Positions 50,554 through 62,317 are shown, counted from the first letter of the stretch. The stretch: DNA of 64,000 nucleotides from an uncultured Gemmatimonadales bacterium (GCA_963739455.1 CAVUAK010000002.1:288001-352000), one strand, 5' to 3'. The notes: generated by a model from the letters alone, not told the origin. Translations and numbers: made by a program.

Positions 50554-52080
50554 TCAGAGACGCATGACGAGCAGCGTACGGTCGTCCGCCGCCTGCGTTG
50601 TCCACGCATCGGCTTCCGCGAGCGTGCCCGCCAGGATCTCATCCACGCTCAGGCTCCGGCGGCTCGCCAGCGCGTCCAGCAGCCGGGCATCACCGTATCG
50701 TTCACCCTCGGCGTTGGTCGCATCCACCAATCCATCGGTCCAGAGACAGAGCAGGTCGCCCGAGGTGTCCCACGGAACCTGCCGCGCCTCGCTCACCCCC
50801 TGCACGGCCAGGCCGACCGGCGGGCTGGTGGCGAGCAACCGTTCCGGTTCGCCCTGCTTTGGAATGCGGAAGGCATGGGGGTGGCCGGCACTGGCGTAGC
50901 GCAGCGTGCCGGCCCGGCGGTCCAGCACGCCGTAGAACACCGTGAAATACATCTCCGCCGACCGGAGTTCATCGCCGACACTGTTGAGGAGTGCGTCGAG
51001 GGTTGCCTCGGGGCTCCCGATGGTCTCCACATGGATGCCCGCAGCCGACAGCACCAGCGCCATCACCAGCGCGGCACCGAACCCGTGCGATGACACGTCA
51101 CCGAGCATGACGGCCACGCGCCCCTGCCCCAGCCTGCTGAAGGTGTAGAAGTCACCACCCACGGAATCGACCGGTGTGCAGCGCGCCGCCACCTGGGCCT
51201 CGCCGTAGAGCACCGACGGTGAGGGCAGCAGTCGCAGCTGGAGGTCGTGTGCCAGTTCGAGTTCGCGACGAACACCCTGCTGCTGCCGGTCGCGCTCAGC
51301 CAGCCGGACGTTCTCGATGGCGGCGCCAACCTGGCTGGCGATCGCCGTCAGCAGCTTGCGGTCGCCTGGGGTGAACCGATCACCACCGGTGCGGTCGGTG
51401 AGGTTGATGACGCCAATGCAGCGGAGTGGTCCGCCCTGCGACGCATAGCAGATGGGGACGCTGAGGTAGGCCTGCCCGCGGTAGGGACGTTCGCTGGCAA
51501 TCGCCGGCGGCGGCGACAGCACCGGATCGTGGACCACGACGCGGCGCTCGCGGAACACGCGGGCCGCGACCGAGTGCGGATCGTCCACCTGCACGAAGAA
51601 CTCGTCATCGGCGGTGAAGCCGCGGGCGGCGACGGTGCGGAGCCGGTCGCGGGTGGCATCGTGCACCATGATCGACGCGCGACGCGCGCCGACCACCGCC
51701 GCCACCTCACGCACGATGACCTGCGCCGCCTCGTCGAGGCGGACGGTGCTGCCGAGTATTTCCGTAATGGTGTAGAGGAGGTCGATCTCTTCGTAGCGGC
51801 TGGCCAGTTCCTCGCCCACCCGGGCGCGGTGCCAGTCGCTTTCGAGCAGGGCTGAAAGCGCGGGCAGCAGCGCCCCCGCCTTGGCCACGAGCACCGCGGG
51901 CTCCGCGCCGCCCAGTTCAACCCACTCGTCCGACACCCAGCGTGCAGGGGCGAGCCACACCGGCCCCTCGGGAGTGGCGCACGCCCCCGCGGATGCCGGC
52001 ACGTCCAGCGTCCATGATGCCACAGGGCCCGCGAGGAATCGCAGGCACTGCCCATCATTCCGCCAGAGACGCACCCGCAA
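50554..52080 (-). CDS. GAF plus PP2C (SpoIIE/RsbU-like) phosphatase
   Basis: GAF region, VGGDFY, GDVSSHG, AGHP, WTDGLVD, DDRT; frame stays open up to 52128. Confidence 0.9.
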   Translation of the reverse strand: MRVRLWRNDGQCLRFLAGPVASWTLDVPASAGACATPEGPVWLAPARWVSDEWVELGGAEPAVLVAKAGALLPALSALLESDWHRARVGEELASRYEEIDLLYTITEILGSTVRLDEAAQVIVREVAAVVGARRASIMVHDATRDRLRTVAARGFTADDEFFVQVDDPHSVAARVFRERRVVVHDPVLSPPPAIASERPYRGQAYLSVPICYASQGGPLRCIGVINLTDRTGGDRFTPGDRKLLTAIASQVGAAIENVRLAERDRQQQGVRRELELAHDLQLRLLPSPSVLYGEAQVAARCTPVDSVGGDFYTFSRLGQGRVAVMLGDVSSHGFGAALVMALVLSAAGIHVETIGSPEATLDALLNSVGDELRSAEMYFTVFYGVLDRRAGTLRYASAGHPHAFRIPKQGEPERLLATSPPVGLAVQGVSEARQVPWDTSGDLLCLWTDGLVDATNAEGERYGDARLLDALASRRSLSVDEILAGTLAEADAWTTQAADDRTLLVMRL

Positions 52081-52124
52081 TCCGGAGAGGCGCGAAAGCC
52101 CCTCGAGGACTTCGTCGAGCCGCC

Positions 52125-52601
52125 TTACTGGCGGCGCAGCGTCATGCAGATGGAGTTGCCTTGGGTGTTGAAGTGGACGTCGTCCACCAGGTGCCGGATG
52201 AGGAACAGCCCCCGGCCGCTCGGAAGGTCGGGCGATGCCGGGTCGAGCACTTCGGTCACGCTCGCGTGATCGAAGCCGTCACCCTCATCGGTGACGTGAA
52301 TGTTGACTGCGTCGGGGTGCAGGTCCACCTCGACAAACACCTGCTTGCCGGCGTCCTCGCGATTGCCCCGCACGATGGCATTCGCCAGCGCATCGGACAG
52401 TGCCACCTGCAGGCGGAACTGGACCCGGGGAGATGCTTCGGCTCCCGCGAGGCAGTGACGCGTCAGCAGGGCCACCGCCTCCTCGATGCAGTCGACGTTA
52501 CTCGGTACCCGCAGCGCCACCCGCTCGACTGCGCGCAACTCGCCTGGTACCGGCGTGCGGCGGACACAGAGCCGGAGTGGGTGTGTGTGGGGTGCGGTCA
52601 T
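52125..52601 (-). CDS. RsbW-like anti-sigma factor serine kinase
   Basis: ALSDALANAIVRGN, VTDEGDGFD, SGRGLFLI. Confidence 0.88.
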   Translation of the reverse strand: MTAPHTHPLRLCVRRTPVPGELRAVERVALRVPSNVDCIEEAVALLTRHCLAGAEASPRVQFRLQVALSDALANAIVRGNREDAGKQVFVEVDLHPDAVNIHVTDEGDGFDHASVTEVLDPASPDLPSGRGLFLIRHLVDDVHFNTQGNSICMTLRRQ

Positions 52602-52603
52602 GG

Positions 52604-52939
52604 TCAGAAGGTGGCGAGCGCCTGGTCGGGCGTATCGCTGATCGCGAAGAGCGTATCGAGCTTGGTGAGCTCGAAGAGGGAGCGCAGGTCTTCGTTGAGC
52701 CCGGAGAGGCGGAGATCGCCGCCCTCTTCGCGGACCTTCCGGGCCAGCGCCACCAGCGCGCCCAGGCCTGACGAGTCGATGTAGCCGGTCTGGGCGAAAT
52801 CGATGAGGAAGCGACGTTCGCCCTTTTCGAGCAGCCGCTGCAGGTGCTCCTTCAGCTCGTTGCGGTTGCCCACGACGAGCTGTCCGTCCACCCGCACGAT
52901 GATCACGCCGCTGGCACTCTTCGCGTCCGACAGGCCCAT
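52604..52939 (-). CDS. STAS anti-anti-sigma factor (RsbV/SpoIIAA-like)
   Basis: YIDSSGLGALV with the phosphorylatable Ser, LFELTKLD; ATG at 52939. Confidence 0.92.
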   Translation of the reverse strand: MGLSDAKSASGVIIVRVDGQLVVGNRNELKEHLQRLLEKGERRFLIDFAQTGYIDSSGLGALVALARKVREEGGDLRLSGLNEDLRSLFELTKLDTLFAISDTPDQALATF

Positions 52940-53013
52940 GGCATCTCCGGGGAATCCCGCCACGAAGGTGGCGGAAGGGTCAATATGAACGTGGAACCGG
53001 GACGGCGGGAGGG

Positions 53014-53517
53014 TCAGGCCCCCGGGGGTGCCGTGCGGCTGGCAAACCGGCGCCGCAGCGCGTCAGCCACCGTGGGATGCACCAGCCCCGCAACGTCGCC
53101 GCCGTGACGGGCAACCTCACGCACCAGGCTCGAGCTGAGGTACGTGATGTCGACCGACGGCACCAGGAAAACCGTCTCCAGTTCCGGATACAACTGGCGG
53201 TTCATCAGCGCCATCTGGAACTCGTACTCGAAGTCACTCACGGCTCGCAGGCCCCGTACCACCAGCCGGGCGCCAACTTTCCGCGCGAACTCGGCCAGGA
53301 GGCCATCGAAGCGCTCGAAAGTGACCCGGGGGTCACCACCGACGGCGGCCCGGAGCATTTCCAGCCGGTCCTCGACGCTGAAGAGCGGCTGCTTCTGGGA
53401 GTTGGTCGCGACCGCCACGATCAGGCGGTCGCACAGCGCGAGGCTGCGGCGCGCCAGGTCCTCGTGGCCGCGGGTAGGCGGGTCGAACGAGCCGGGGTAG
53501 ATCGCGAGACGTGTCAT
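53014..53517 (-). CDS. coaD: Phosphopantetheine adenylyltransferase
   Basis: YPGSFDPPTRGH, RGLRAVSDFEYE, SSSLVRE. Confidence 0.97.
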   Translation of the reverse strand: MTRLAIYPGSFDPPTRGHEDLARRSLALCDRLIVAVATNSQKQPLFSVEDRLEMLRAAVGGDPRVTFERFDGLLAEFARKVGARLVVRGLRAVSDFEYEFQMALMNRQLYPELETVFLVPSVDITYLSSSLVREVARHGGDVAGLVHPTVADALRRRFASRTAPPGA

Positions 53518-54032
53518 GGGGCGTAGCAGAAGGTAATGGTCGTGTCGCCGTACCGCCGGGACTGGTCCCCTGCAAGGTCGGTGCTCGCCGCATGCTCCAC
53601 CGCGAGGATGCGGGCAAACGGCGTGGCGCGAAACGTCACCACCAGTTCCGTGGCCGCGGTCTCGATGGTGTACGGGGGATCGGCAAAGGCGACATCGTAT
53701 GAGAGCGGCGCGAGCCGGGCGGCGAACCGCAGTGCGTCGGCACGGTGAACGCTCGCCACGTCACCCACCCCGAGCGACTCGATGTTGCTCTTGAGCGCGG
53801 CGATCGAGCGGGGACCGATGTCAACGAAATCAATCGAGGCAGCGCCGCGGGAGAGCGCTTCCAGCCCCAGGGCGCCGCTGCCGGCAAAGAGGTCGAGCAC
53901 CCTCGCCCCAGGCAGCGCATCGGAGAGAATGCTCATCCACGCCTCACGCACCCGGTCGGCGGTGGGGCGCACCCGCGGGTCCGCTGGTGCGGTGAGCCGT
54001 CGGCCGCCGAAGCGGCCGGCGATGATCCTCAG
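53514..54032 (-). CDS. rsmD: 16S rRNA m2G966 methyltransferase
   Basis: In-frame LRIIAGRFGGRRL from CTG at 54032, RPTADRVRE, LDLFAGSGALG, DPPY. Confidence 0.92.
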   Translation of the reverse strand: MRIIAGRFGGRRLTAPADPRVRPTADRVREAWMSILSDALPGARVLDLFAGSGALGLEALSRGAASIDFVDIGPRSIAALKSNIESLGVGDVASVHRADALRFAARLAPLSYDVAFADPPYTIETAATELVVTFRATPFARILAVEHAASTDLAGDQSRRYGDTTITFCYAP

Positions 54033-55775
54033 CGGCGTGGCCCCGATGGAGTGACGGCGACCAGCTTGGCCTGTAGCAATGGCGTGCCACTCCAGTCGTC
54101 ACTTTCCAGCCGGAATGCCACATCCACCGGCGCCTCGCCCGAGCCACGGCACCCGATCGGCCCAGCTGAACCCGATGCAAGGCAGTCGCGCGGTCCCGTC
54201 CTCGAGGACCCCCTTCAAGTGGCCATTCCCGACGCGCCGCTTCTGCGCGAAGCGCACGCCGCGCACCCCGAAAACCGGGCCCGGATTGCCTGCCCCCGTG
54301 GGCTCGAGGTGGCGGCCGAGGCGCTCGAGGTCGTCGGTGGCCTCCGCCAGTGGAAGCTCGATGTCGACGCGCTGCTCAGGGCCGAGTTCCTCGGGCGACA
54401 ACTGGCCCGCGACGAGCCCGTTGAAGCGCTCGCGGAACGCCTCCAGCTGATCGCGCCGGATGGTGAGGCCCGCCGCCATGTGGTGCCCACCGAACCGCTC
54501 CAGCAGGTCGCCACACTGCTGTAGTGCGGCGTGCAGGTCGAACCGGGAGATGCTGCGCCCGCTCGCGCGTCCCGTTTCTCCATCGAACGCGACGAGGAAT
54601 GTGGGTCGCCCGAACCGCTCGACCACGCGCGACGCCACGATGCCGACGACTCCGGGATGCCATGCGTCGCCGGAGAGCACCAGGCCGGATGCGTGCGTGC
54701 CACCCTGCTCCTCAACCTGTGTGAGTGCCTCCTCGAGCATCAGCTGGTCGAGGGCCTGGCGCTCGGTGTTGAGCACCTCCAGGCGTGCCGCGATGGCGGC
54801 AGCTTCCTGCGGGTCGTCAGTGAGGAGCAGGCGCAACCCTTCCATCGGCTCTCCGACACGGCCGGCGGCGTTGAGCCTTGGGCCGACGATGAAGCCCATC
54901 TGTCCTGCGCGGAGTTCCTTGCCCAGGAGCTTGGTGGTATTGAGCAGCGCGCGGAGACCTGCCCACCGGGTGTCGGCCATGAGACGGAGGCCATGCCGGA
55001 CGATGATGCGGTTCTCGCCCACGAGCGGCACCACGTCGGCCACGGTGGCGAGTGCCACCAGGTCGAGCAGGTGGAGCGGGAAGTGCTCCGGGAGGCCGAG
55101 TCGCGGCGCCAGCGCGCGGACCATCATCCACGCGATGCCCGCACCGCACAGGACCCCAAGCCCCGATTCATCGTCCGTCCGCTGGGGATTTACCACGGCG
55201 GTGGCGGGAGGAAGCTCCGGGCCGGGAAGGTGGTGGTCGGTGACGACGACCTTGATGCCGCTTGCCTCGGCGAGCTGCACCGTCTCGCGCGCATTGATGC
55301 CGCTATCGCAGGTGATGATCAGCCCCGCGCCGGCCGCCTGCGCCGCGGCAAGCCCGGACGGACCGAAGTCGTAGCCGTCGCGCAGCCGGTGCGGGATGAA
55401 GGGCACCACGGTGGCACCGGCAACCCGGAGCGTGCGTACCAGGATGGCGGTGGAGCACTGGCCGTCCACGTCATAGTCGCCGTTGACTGCGATCACCGTC
55501 CCGGCTTTCACTGCCGCGACGATGGCGTCCACCGCGCGATCCATGTCCTTGAGCCGGAACGGATCGGTGAGCTGGTCGAGCGACGGCCGGAGGAAATTCC
55601 GCGCCGCGTCCACCGTGGTGAAGCCGCGCTGCACCAGGAGTGCGGCAAGCGGCCGCGGCAGGTTGGTCGCGCCCGCCAGCGCGGAGACGAGTTCCGGTGC
55701 CGGTGGCGGCGTCACCACCCATCGCGGCGCGAGCTGCGGTGTCGCCAGTGCAGAACCGGCCCCGACGGCGGTCAC
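54029..55775 (-). CDS. recJ: Single-stranded DNA exonuclease RecJ (frameshift near C-terminus)
   Basis: GDYDVDG, TDHH, ATVADVVPL, GPRLNAAGR, GGHHMAAG. Confidence 0.95.
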
Positions 55776-56494
55776 GCTGTTCCTTCGACCGGCGCTGGCA
55801 GGTAGAGGATCGCGCCACACACCTCACAGCCGTCGAGCAGGAGACGGTCGCGGATGTGCGCACGACGGCTGATGGGCACAGCGGTGAAGCAGACACTGCA
55901 GGAAAAGCCGGTGAGCGGCACGAGTGCGTTCGACGACTTCGAGTTGTGCAGGCGATCGTAGCGCGTGCGAAGGGGCCGGTCCAGCCGGGTGGCGCTCTCG
56001 CTCCGGGCGGCGAAGGCCACGCTCCGTTCCGCCTGCAGCTCGGCCCGCCGCGCGCCCAGCGCGGTCCGCTCGGCCTCCTGTGCTGCTCGGGCTTCCGCGA
56101 GTACCTGCTCCGCCGCGGCCTGCCTTGTGTCAAGCCGGCCGAGCTCCTCCGCCACTTGCAGCCAGTCCCCTTCCTCGCGCGCCAGCACCTGGCGCCCCAG
56201 GTCGATCTCGGCCGTCACCGCATTGGCCTCCTTCATGTTCTTCACCTGGTCAAGCCGCTGCTGCCGGCGCTGTTGCTGGAGCTTGGACTCCTCCACTCGC
56301 CGCATCAGCTCGTCTCGCCTGGCCGCTGCCTCGGCGGCCAGCCGTGTGCTCGTCTCCACCTCGAGGCCGGCACGCTTGAGGCGATCATCGAGCGCCGTTT
56401 CCGCCGCGAGAACGTCGGCGAGGGCGGTATCCACCGCCTTGAGGGCGAGATCCTTGGACTGAAGGTCCAGGAGCTTTTCCAGGTCAGGGTGCAT
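55772..56494 (-). CDS. Coiled-coil C4-type zinc ribbon protein (DUF164-like)
   Basis: Long coiled coil then CSVC...CEVCGAILY; ATG at 56494. Confidence 0.85.
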   Translation of the reverse strand: MHPDLEKLLDLQSKDLALKAVDTALADVLAAETALDDRLKRAGLEVETSTRLAAEAAARRDELMRRVEESKLQQQRRQQRLDQVKNMKEANAVTAEIDLGRQVLAREEGDWLQVAEELGRLDTRQAAAEQVLAEARAAQEAERTALGARRAELQAERSVAFAARSESATRLDRPLRTRYDRLHNSKSSNALVPLTGFSCSVCFTAVPISRRAHIRDRLLLDGCEVCGAILYLPAPVEGTA

Positions 56495-58308
56495 TCGATC
56501 TCCTTGGGGGCCGCGGGCCAATCCTGCCCGTCGTCCTGGTACGCATGATGTACTGCTTCCATTGTTTCGGGTACTTTGCGGCCAGCTCCTTCTTCAGTAC
56601 CAGTCGTTCCGACTCCAATGCCTCGGCGCCTGCCTCGTCGTCGGCACGCGACCCGCGCAGCGCGTGATACGCCATCAGCAGCGGCCGCGCCTCGAGGTCA
56701 AGGAGTGCCTCCGCATAGGTCGCATCAGCGTCGAGGCCGGCGGTATCCTCGGCGTTGAGCAGTTCCTGCGTCAGGCTCGCCGCGTCGGGGCTGATTCGCT
56801 GGAAGAGCTCCGACACAGGCGTGCCGTCGAGCAAGGCACCGAACACCTCGATGACCAGCGGATCGCGCAGCCAGGCAAGCTGTACCTCGGTACGCGCGCG
56901 CATCACGAGGTCCGGGTGCGCGAGCAGGAGACGGAGCATCGTGCGCTCCCCCACGTTGCCGCGCTTGCGGAGTCGCGGTTGCTGCTCGCGCGGTGGCGCC
57001 GCTTCGGGCGACGGATGGGTCACGACGGACGGCCCCGAGAGCAATTCGCGCTCGAGTACCTCCCGGCTCACACCGGAACGCTCGGCAACGAGGCCGAGGT
57101 ACAACTCACGCGTAATGGGATCGGTGGCCGCCCGCACCGTGGGCAGCAGCTTGTCGAGCGCTTCCCGTCGATGCTCCACGTCCCGGAACCAGCCGCGCCG
57201 GTCAAGCTCGAGGATCTTCCGCTCCAGCACGTCGATCGCATCGCGCAGGATCGGAGCGAGGGCCACCGCGCCGCCCTTCTGCACGATGGTGTCGGGATCC
57301 TCACCCGGCGGCAGCGTGGCTACGCGCACACGAGCGCCGTGCCGCAGGAGTTCGTCGCCCGCCCGGAAGGTGGCCCGCAGCCCGGCCGAATCGCTGTCGT
57401 ACAGGAGGATCGCCGCCGGCGCCACCCGCTTAAGGAGCGCCGCCTGCTCCGGCGTCAGTGCCGTCCCGAGCGGGGCCACCACGTGGTCGATGCCCGCCAG
57501 CACCAAGCGCAGCACATCGAAGTATCCCTCGACGACAATGACGACCTGCTCCTGGCGGATGGCCTGCCTGGCATGGTGCAGGTTGTAGAGCTGCCGGCCC
57601 TTGTGGAAGATTGGCGTCTCGGGTGAGTTGAGGTACTTCGGCTCACCAGGTCCAAGCAGCCTGCCACCGAAGTCCTACCGCCCGTCCACGAATGTCATGG
57701 ATCGGGAACAACAGCCGGTCACGGAAGCGCGCGTGCACCCGCCCGTCGTCACGCTGCACGGCCAGGCCCGACTCCACCAGCACCTGGTCCTTGATGCCGA
57801 GGCCGCGCATCGCATCCAAGAATGCTCCGCCACTGGGTGCGTAGCCGAGCCCGTGCGGCGCCGCGACCTCGAGGGCGATATCGCGCTTCTCGAGATACGC
57901 GCGCGCCCCGCCCGCATCGCCCGACTCGAGCAGCCTGTGGGCGAACCACTCCTGCGCGCTCGCCACCGCCCCGTAGAGCGGCTCGTTGGGGTCCGGTCCG
58001 ACCCGCTGCTGCTTCTCCGGCACGACGATCCCGGCCTTCCGCGCCAGTTCGCGCACCGCCGTCGGGTAGTCCATCCCGAAGCGCTTGATCATGTAGGAGA
58101 AGACGTCACCTGCTTCATGACAGACGTAGCAGTAGAAGAGCCCCTTCCGCGGAATGACGGCGAAGTTGCGATGGGTGCCTCCGTGGAACGGACAGCAACC
58201 GCGCCAGTCACTGCCGGTCCGCTTCAGGTCCACCGATTCTCCCACCAGGGCGAGAATATCCGTGGCGTCCTTCACCTGCTCGATGATCTCGTCGGGAATG
58301 AGGCTCAC
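56484..58308 (-). CDS. dnaG: DNA primase (frameshifted)
   Basis: CPFH...CYVC zinc finger, RFRDRLLFPI, KYLNSPET, GTALT, YDSDSAG, EDPD. Confidence 0.95.
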
Positions 58309-60759
58309 GGCGAGAACTCCGCGATGGTGACGCCGGTGCCGCCCTGCTGCCGCGGGGCAAAGTCGAACTTTGCCACGCGGCGGTCGCGCTGCAGCACGCG
58401 ACGCACCCGCTCCCGTACCACGCCGGTTCCCATGCCATGAATGATGCGCAGGAAGGGCAACTCCGCCAGCACCGCGGAGTCAACCGCGGCGAGCGTGGCG
58501 CCTTCCGCCTCGTCTCCGGTCATTCCCCTCAGGTCCACCTCTACTGCCGCATCATGACTCGGCGCATCGCCCGAGGCCTGCGCGGCGCGGTCGCGACGCT
58601 CTTCGCGCCGACCAAGCAGCTGTACGCCGTCGGGATCGGCCACCATGCGCATGGAGCCCACGGCAACCACCAGCTTGCCGTCCGGCCGGATCTCCAGCAC
58701 ATCACCCACAGGTCCCGTTGCAAGACGCACCCGCTGCCCCGCCGACAGCGCTGAGGGCAATCCACCTCCCGCCGACGCAGGAACCACATCTTCGGTGCGC
58801 TGGAGTGACGCAGCCGCCTCTTCCAGCGCGCGGCGCGCGGCGCGCGCCGATTCGTCATCCGCTGATGCCCTGGCGGCCGCGATCGCCGACTCTACTTCCT
58901 TGCGGGCATCGAGCAGGTAGCGCTTCGCCTCGGCGCGCGCCCGTCTGTCGGCATCCTTCTCTCGAGCTGACAGGTCCTTCTCCCGAACGGCCTGACTCTC
59001 CGCCTGCACACCCAGCTTCGCCTGCAACGCTTCCACCACCGACTCGAGCTCGGCCATGGCCGCGGTGCGCCGCTCCAGTTCTCCTTCGCGTTCCTCGGCG
59101 CGGGCCAGCAGACTGTCCAGCCGGCGGACCTCATCTGACACACGACTCTCTGCGTCCGACAGGACCGTGGCGTCGAGCCCGAGCTTCCGGGCTATGGACA
59201 ACCCATACGACCTGCCGGGAACGCCCTTTCGGAAACGATAGGTCGGGCTCAGCGTCTCGGTGTCGAACTGGAGCGACCCGTTCACGATGCCCGGCACTTC
59301 CGCGGCGAGCGACTTGAGTGCGCCAAGGTGCGTCGTCGCCAGCGTGAGCGCCCCGCGACGGGTGAGCTCGAGCAGGACGGCTGCGGCGAGCGCGGCTCCC
59401 TCGGCGGGATCGGTACCGCTCCCCACCTCATCCAGTAGCACCAGCGTGCCGCGGTCGGCCCGGGCGAGCATGGTGCGAAGCGAGGCCAGGTGGCCACTGA
59501 AAGTCGAGAGACTCTCTGCGAGCGACTGACGGTCGCCGATGTCGGTGAACACCTGCGTGAAGAGCGGAACCGCGGTACCGCGACCGGCAGGCGGTACGAT
59601 GCCGCTCTGTGCCAGCAGTGCCACGAGCGCGGTGGTCTTGAGCATTACCGTCTTGCCACCGGTGTTCGGGCCGCTGATCAGCAGGGTGCGCTCGCCGCCA
59701 TGCATTTCGAGCGAGAATGGGATCACCACAACGCCGCGCGCCAGGAGGAGCGGGATGTCGCGCGTCGAGCAGCTGCAGCGGCTCGCCCGCCGCCACCATT
59801 TCTGGCACCTCGCCCAGCACCGCCACGGCGTACCGGGCGCGCGCAACGAGGTCATCCACCTGGATGCACATCTCCAGCGCATCGGTGAGCACCTCTCGCG
59901 CCGGCCGGAGGATTGCGGTGAGCTCGCGCAATACGCGCAGCACCTCACGCTCTTCCTCCGCCTGCGCCTCCCGATAGGCGTTCCCCAGTTCCACCGCCTC
60001 GGAGGGTTCGACGAAGAGCGTCCCGGCGCTGGCCGACTCATCGTGAACGATGCCACCGGGGCGCGAGCGCGAGTCGCGCCGCACCGGGATCACGTAGCGG
60101 CCACCGCGGACGGTGACGCCGGCATCCTTGATGGTGGCCTGCGCGTCGAGCCCGCGAAGGATTCCCTCCAGCTTCCGCACCAGCCGCTGCCGGGCCGCCT
60201 GGATCTCCCGGCGCGCGGCAGCGAGCGCGGGGCTCGCCGTGTCGAGCAGTTCCCCGTCGTCGCCTACCGAGAGCTCGAGTCGGCGATCGATCGCCTTGTC
60301 GGGTAGTGGCACTGCCAGTGCCGCGGCGCGCGGTGCCTGGTCCGCGACCCGACGGAGCTCCGCATCCACCAGCCGGGATGCACTGAGCACGACTCGCAGG
60401 TCGCGCAGTTCAGCGAGCTCGAGCACTGAACCCTCGATGCGAAGGCGCGCGAGGGCGCGGCCGAGGTCGGGCACCGGCTCAGCGACCAGCTTGTCGCCGC
60501 GACGGAACACCGCCGCCACCTCACCGACCAGCGCCAGCTCTTCCCTGATCCAGTGGAGATCCGCCGTGGGACGCCGGTCGCGTACCCGGGCCGCACCGAG
60601 TGGCCCCGCGGCGTGGCCCGCCACTGCACCGAGGACTTCGTCAAACTCGAGATCGGCCAGCGCCGCGTCGATGGCGGCCCCGGGTAAGCGCGAAGGGGTG
60701 CCCGCCGATGTCCGGCTGGGCACCCCATCGGTAGCCGACTGCACCTGCGAGTGGCTCAC
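58305..60759 (-). CDS. mutS2: MutS2 (Smr-domain endonuclease; frameshift near 59750)
   Basis: GIVHDESASAGTLFVEP, SGPNTGGKT, SLSTFSGH, LDEVGSGTDP, TTH, Smr VDLRGM...IIHGMGTG. Confidence 0.94.
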
Positions 60760-61196
60760 GCGCGCTGCAGCTCCTCGCGCACAATCTGGTTGATCACCTT
60801 GCCATCGGCCTTTCCACGGAAGGCCGGCATCACCACCGCCATGACCTTGCCGATGTCGGCAGCACCACCCGCAATGGCCGCGCGCACCGCCACCCTGATC
60901 TCTTCAGGGTCAGCCTCGGCGGGAAGGAACTCTTCGATGACCGTGATCTGCCCCTGCTCCACCGCGACGAGGTCGAGACGCCCCGCCTTCTCGTATTGCT
61001 CGATCGACTCGCGACGGGTCTTCACGCCCTTCCGGAGCACATCGACCGCGTCCTCGTCGGTCAGCGCCCGGTTCAGCTCGATCTCGCGATTCTTGAGGTT
61101 GGACAGGATCGTGCCGAGAAGCAGGGTGCGGTCCTTCGACTGCGCCTTGCGCGAGGCGGTCATCGCGGACTGGACCCGCGCGAGGAGATCAGGCAT
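60756..61196 (-). CDS. GatB/YqeY domain protein
   Basis: KTRRESIEQYEKAGR, IGKVMAVVM, GKADGK. Confidence 0.9.
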   Translation of the reverse strand: MPDLLARVQSAMTASRKAQSKDRTLLLGTILSNLKNREIELNRALTDEDAVDVLRKGVKTRRESIEQYEKAGRLDLVAVEQGQITVIEEFLPAEADPEEIRVAVRAAIAGGAADIGKVMAVVMPAFRGKADGKVINQIVREELQRA

Positions 61197-61250
61197 GGAA
61201 GGAATATCGGAGTTTAGCCGTGGTCGGAACGGGAGACAAGCGAACGCCGG

Positions 61251-61598
61251 TCAGCCCGGCGGCCAGTGCAGCTGGCGCCCGCCGAGCAGGTGCAAGTGCA
61301 GGTGGTGTACGCTCTGGCCGCCATGGTCGCCGGTGTTGGTGACGATCCGGTAGCCGCCGGCATCCAGCCCAAGGTTGCTGGCCACCTTCGCGGTGAACGC
61401 CAGCATGCGGCCGAGCAGCGCCTCACCGTCCGCGCCGGATGCGTCGCGCACCGACTCGAGATGCTTTGCTGGAATCACGAGCACATGGGTCGGTGCCTGG
61501 GGCTGGATGTCCCGGAAAGCGATCATCTCGCTGTTGCGCTCGACGATGCTGGCTGGAATGTCGCCCTGGGCAATACGACAGAAAATGCAGTCGGGCAT
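61251..61598 (-). CDS. HIT family nucleotide hydrolase
   Basis: DCIFCRI, PQAPTHVLVIP, GQSVHHLHLHLLGGR, WPPG. Confidence 0.95.
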   Translation of the reverse strand: MPDCIFCRIAQGDIPASIVERNSEMIAFRDIQPQAPTHVLVIPAKHLESVRDASGADGEALLGRMLAFTAKVASNLGLDAGGYRIVTNTGDHGGQSVHHLHLHLLGGRQLHWPPG

Positions 61599-61615
61599 GA
61601 AAGCTCCGGGAAGAT

Positions 61616-62317
61616 TCAGCGGTGGCGTGCGGTCTGGATCAGCACGGCAGCGGCGATCGCCGCGGTCTCAAAGCGCAGTGTCAACGGCCCGGCGGAGACG
61701 GGCACGAAGCGCTGGGACAGCACCGCCGACCGCTCGGCGTCGCTCAGGCCACCTTCTGGTCCTATGAGCGCGCAGGCGGGGGACGTGGCGTCGATCGCCG
61801 GCGCGGATGTCCCGGCGGCATCGAGCACCCAGCGGGCACCGGCACCTGCCCCCCGGAGGAACGCGTCGAGCGATTGCGCCTCGCGCAGCAGCGGCACCCA
61901 GGCACCACCACATTGCTTCAGTACTTCACGAGCACGCCGCCTGAGCTTGTCCAACTGCTCCGGCTTGAGCCCTGTCGCAACGCCGCGCGTACGCTCCGTC
62001 TCCAGCGGAATGATCTCGGTAACGCCGAGCTCAGTGCCCTTCTCCACCAGCCATGCGAACCGGTCGCGATCGCCAGCGCCAACCCCAAGCACGATGGGCA
62101 GCGGCGCCGGTACCCGCTCCAACGCGGAGACGGCAAGGTCGAACCCGCGGCCCCGGGCCTCGAGGTGGCCAGTGCCACGCGTGCCGGCGCCGTCGGTGAA
62201 TGCGACGTCGGCTCCGGCGGCAACCCGCCGCACCTTCAAGTGATGCTGTTCGTCGTCGTCGAGGGCTACCATGTCGCCAACCACCGCGACACCAGGAGGA
62301 ACCAGGACCAGCGTCAC
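61616..62317 (-). CDS. rsmE: 16S rRNA m3U1498 methyltransferase
   Basis: EKGTELGV, KQCG, IGPEGG, LRFETAA. Confidence 0.9.
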   Translation of the reverse strand: MTLVLVPPGVAVVGDMVALDDDEQHHLKVRRVAAGADVAFTDGAGTRGTGHLEARGRGFDLAVSALERVPAPLPIVLGVGAGDRDRFAWLVEKGTELGVTEIIPLETERTRGVATGLKPEQLDKLRRRAREVLKQCGGAWVPLLREAQSLDAFLRGAGAGARWVLDAAGTSAPAIDATSPACALIGPEGGLSDAERSAVLSQRFVPVSAGPLTLRFETAAIAAAVLIQTARHR

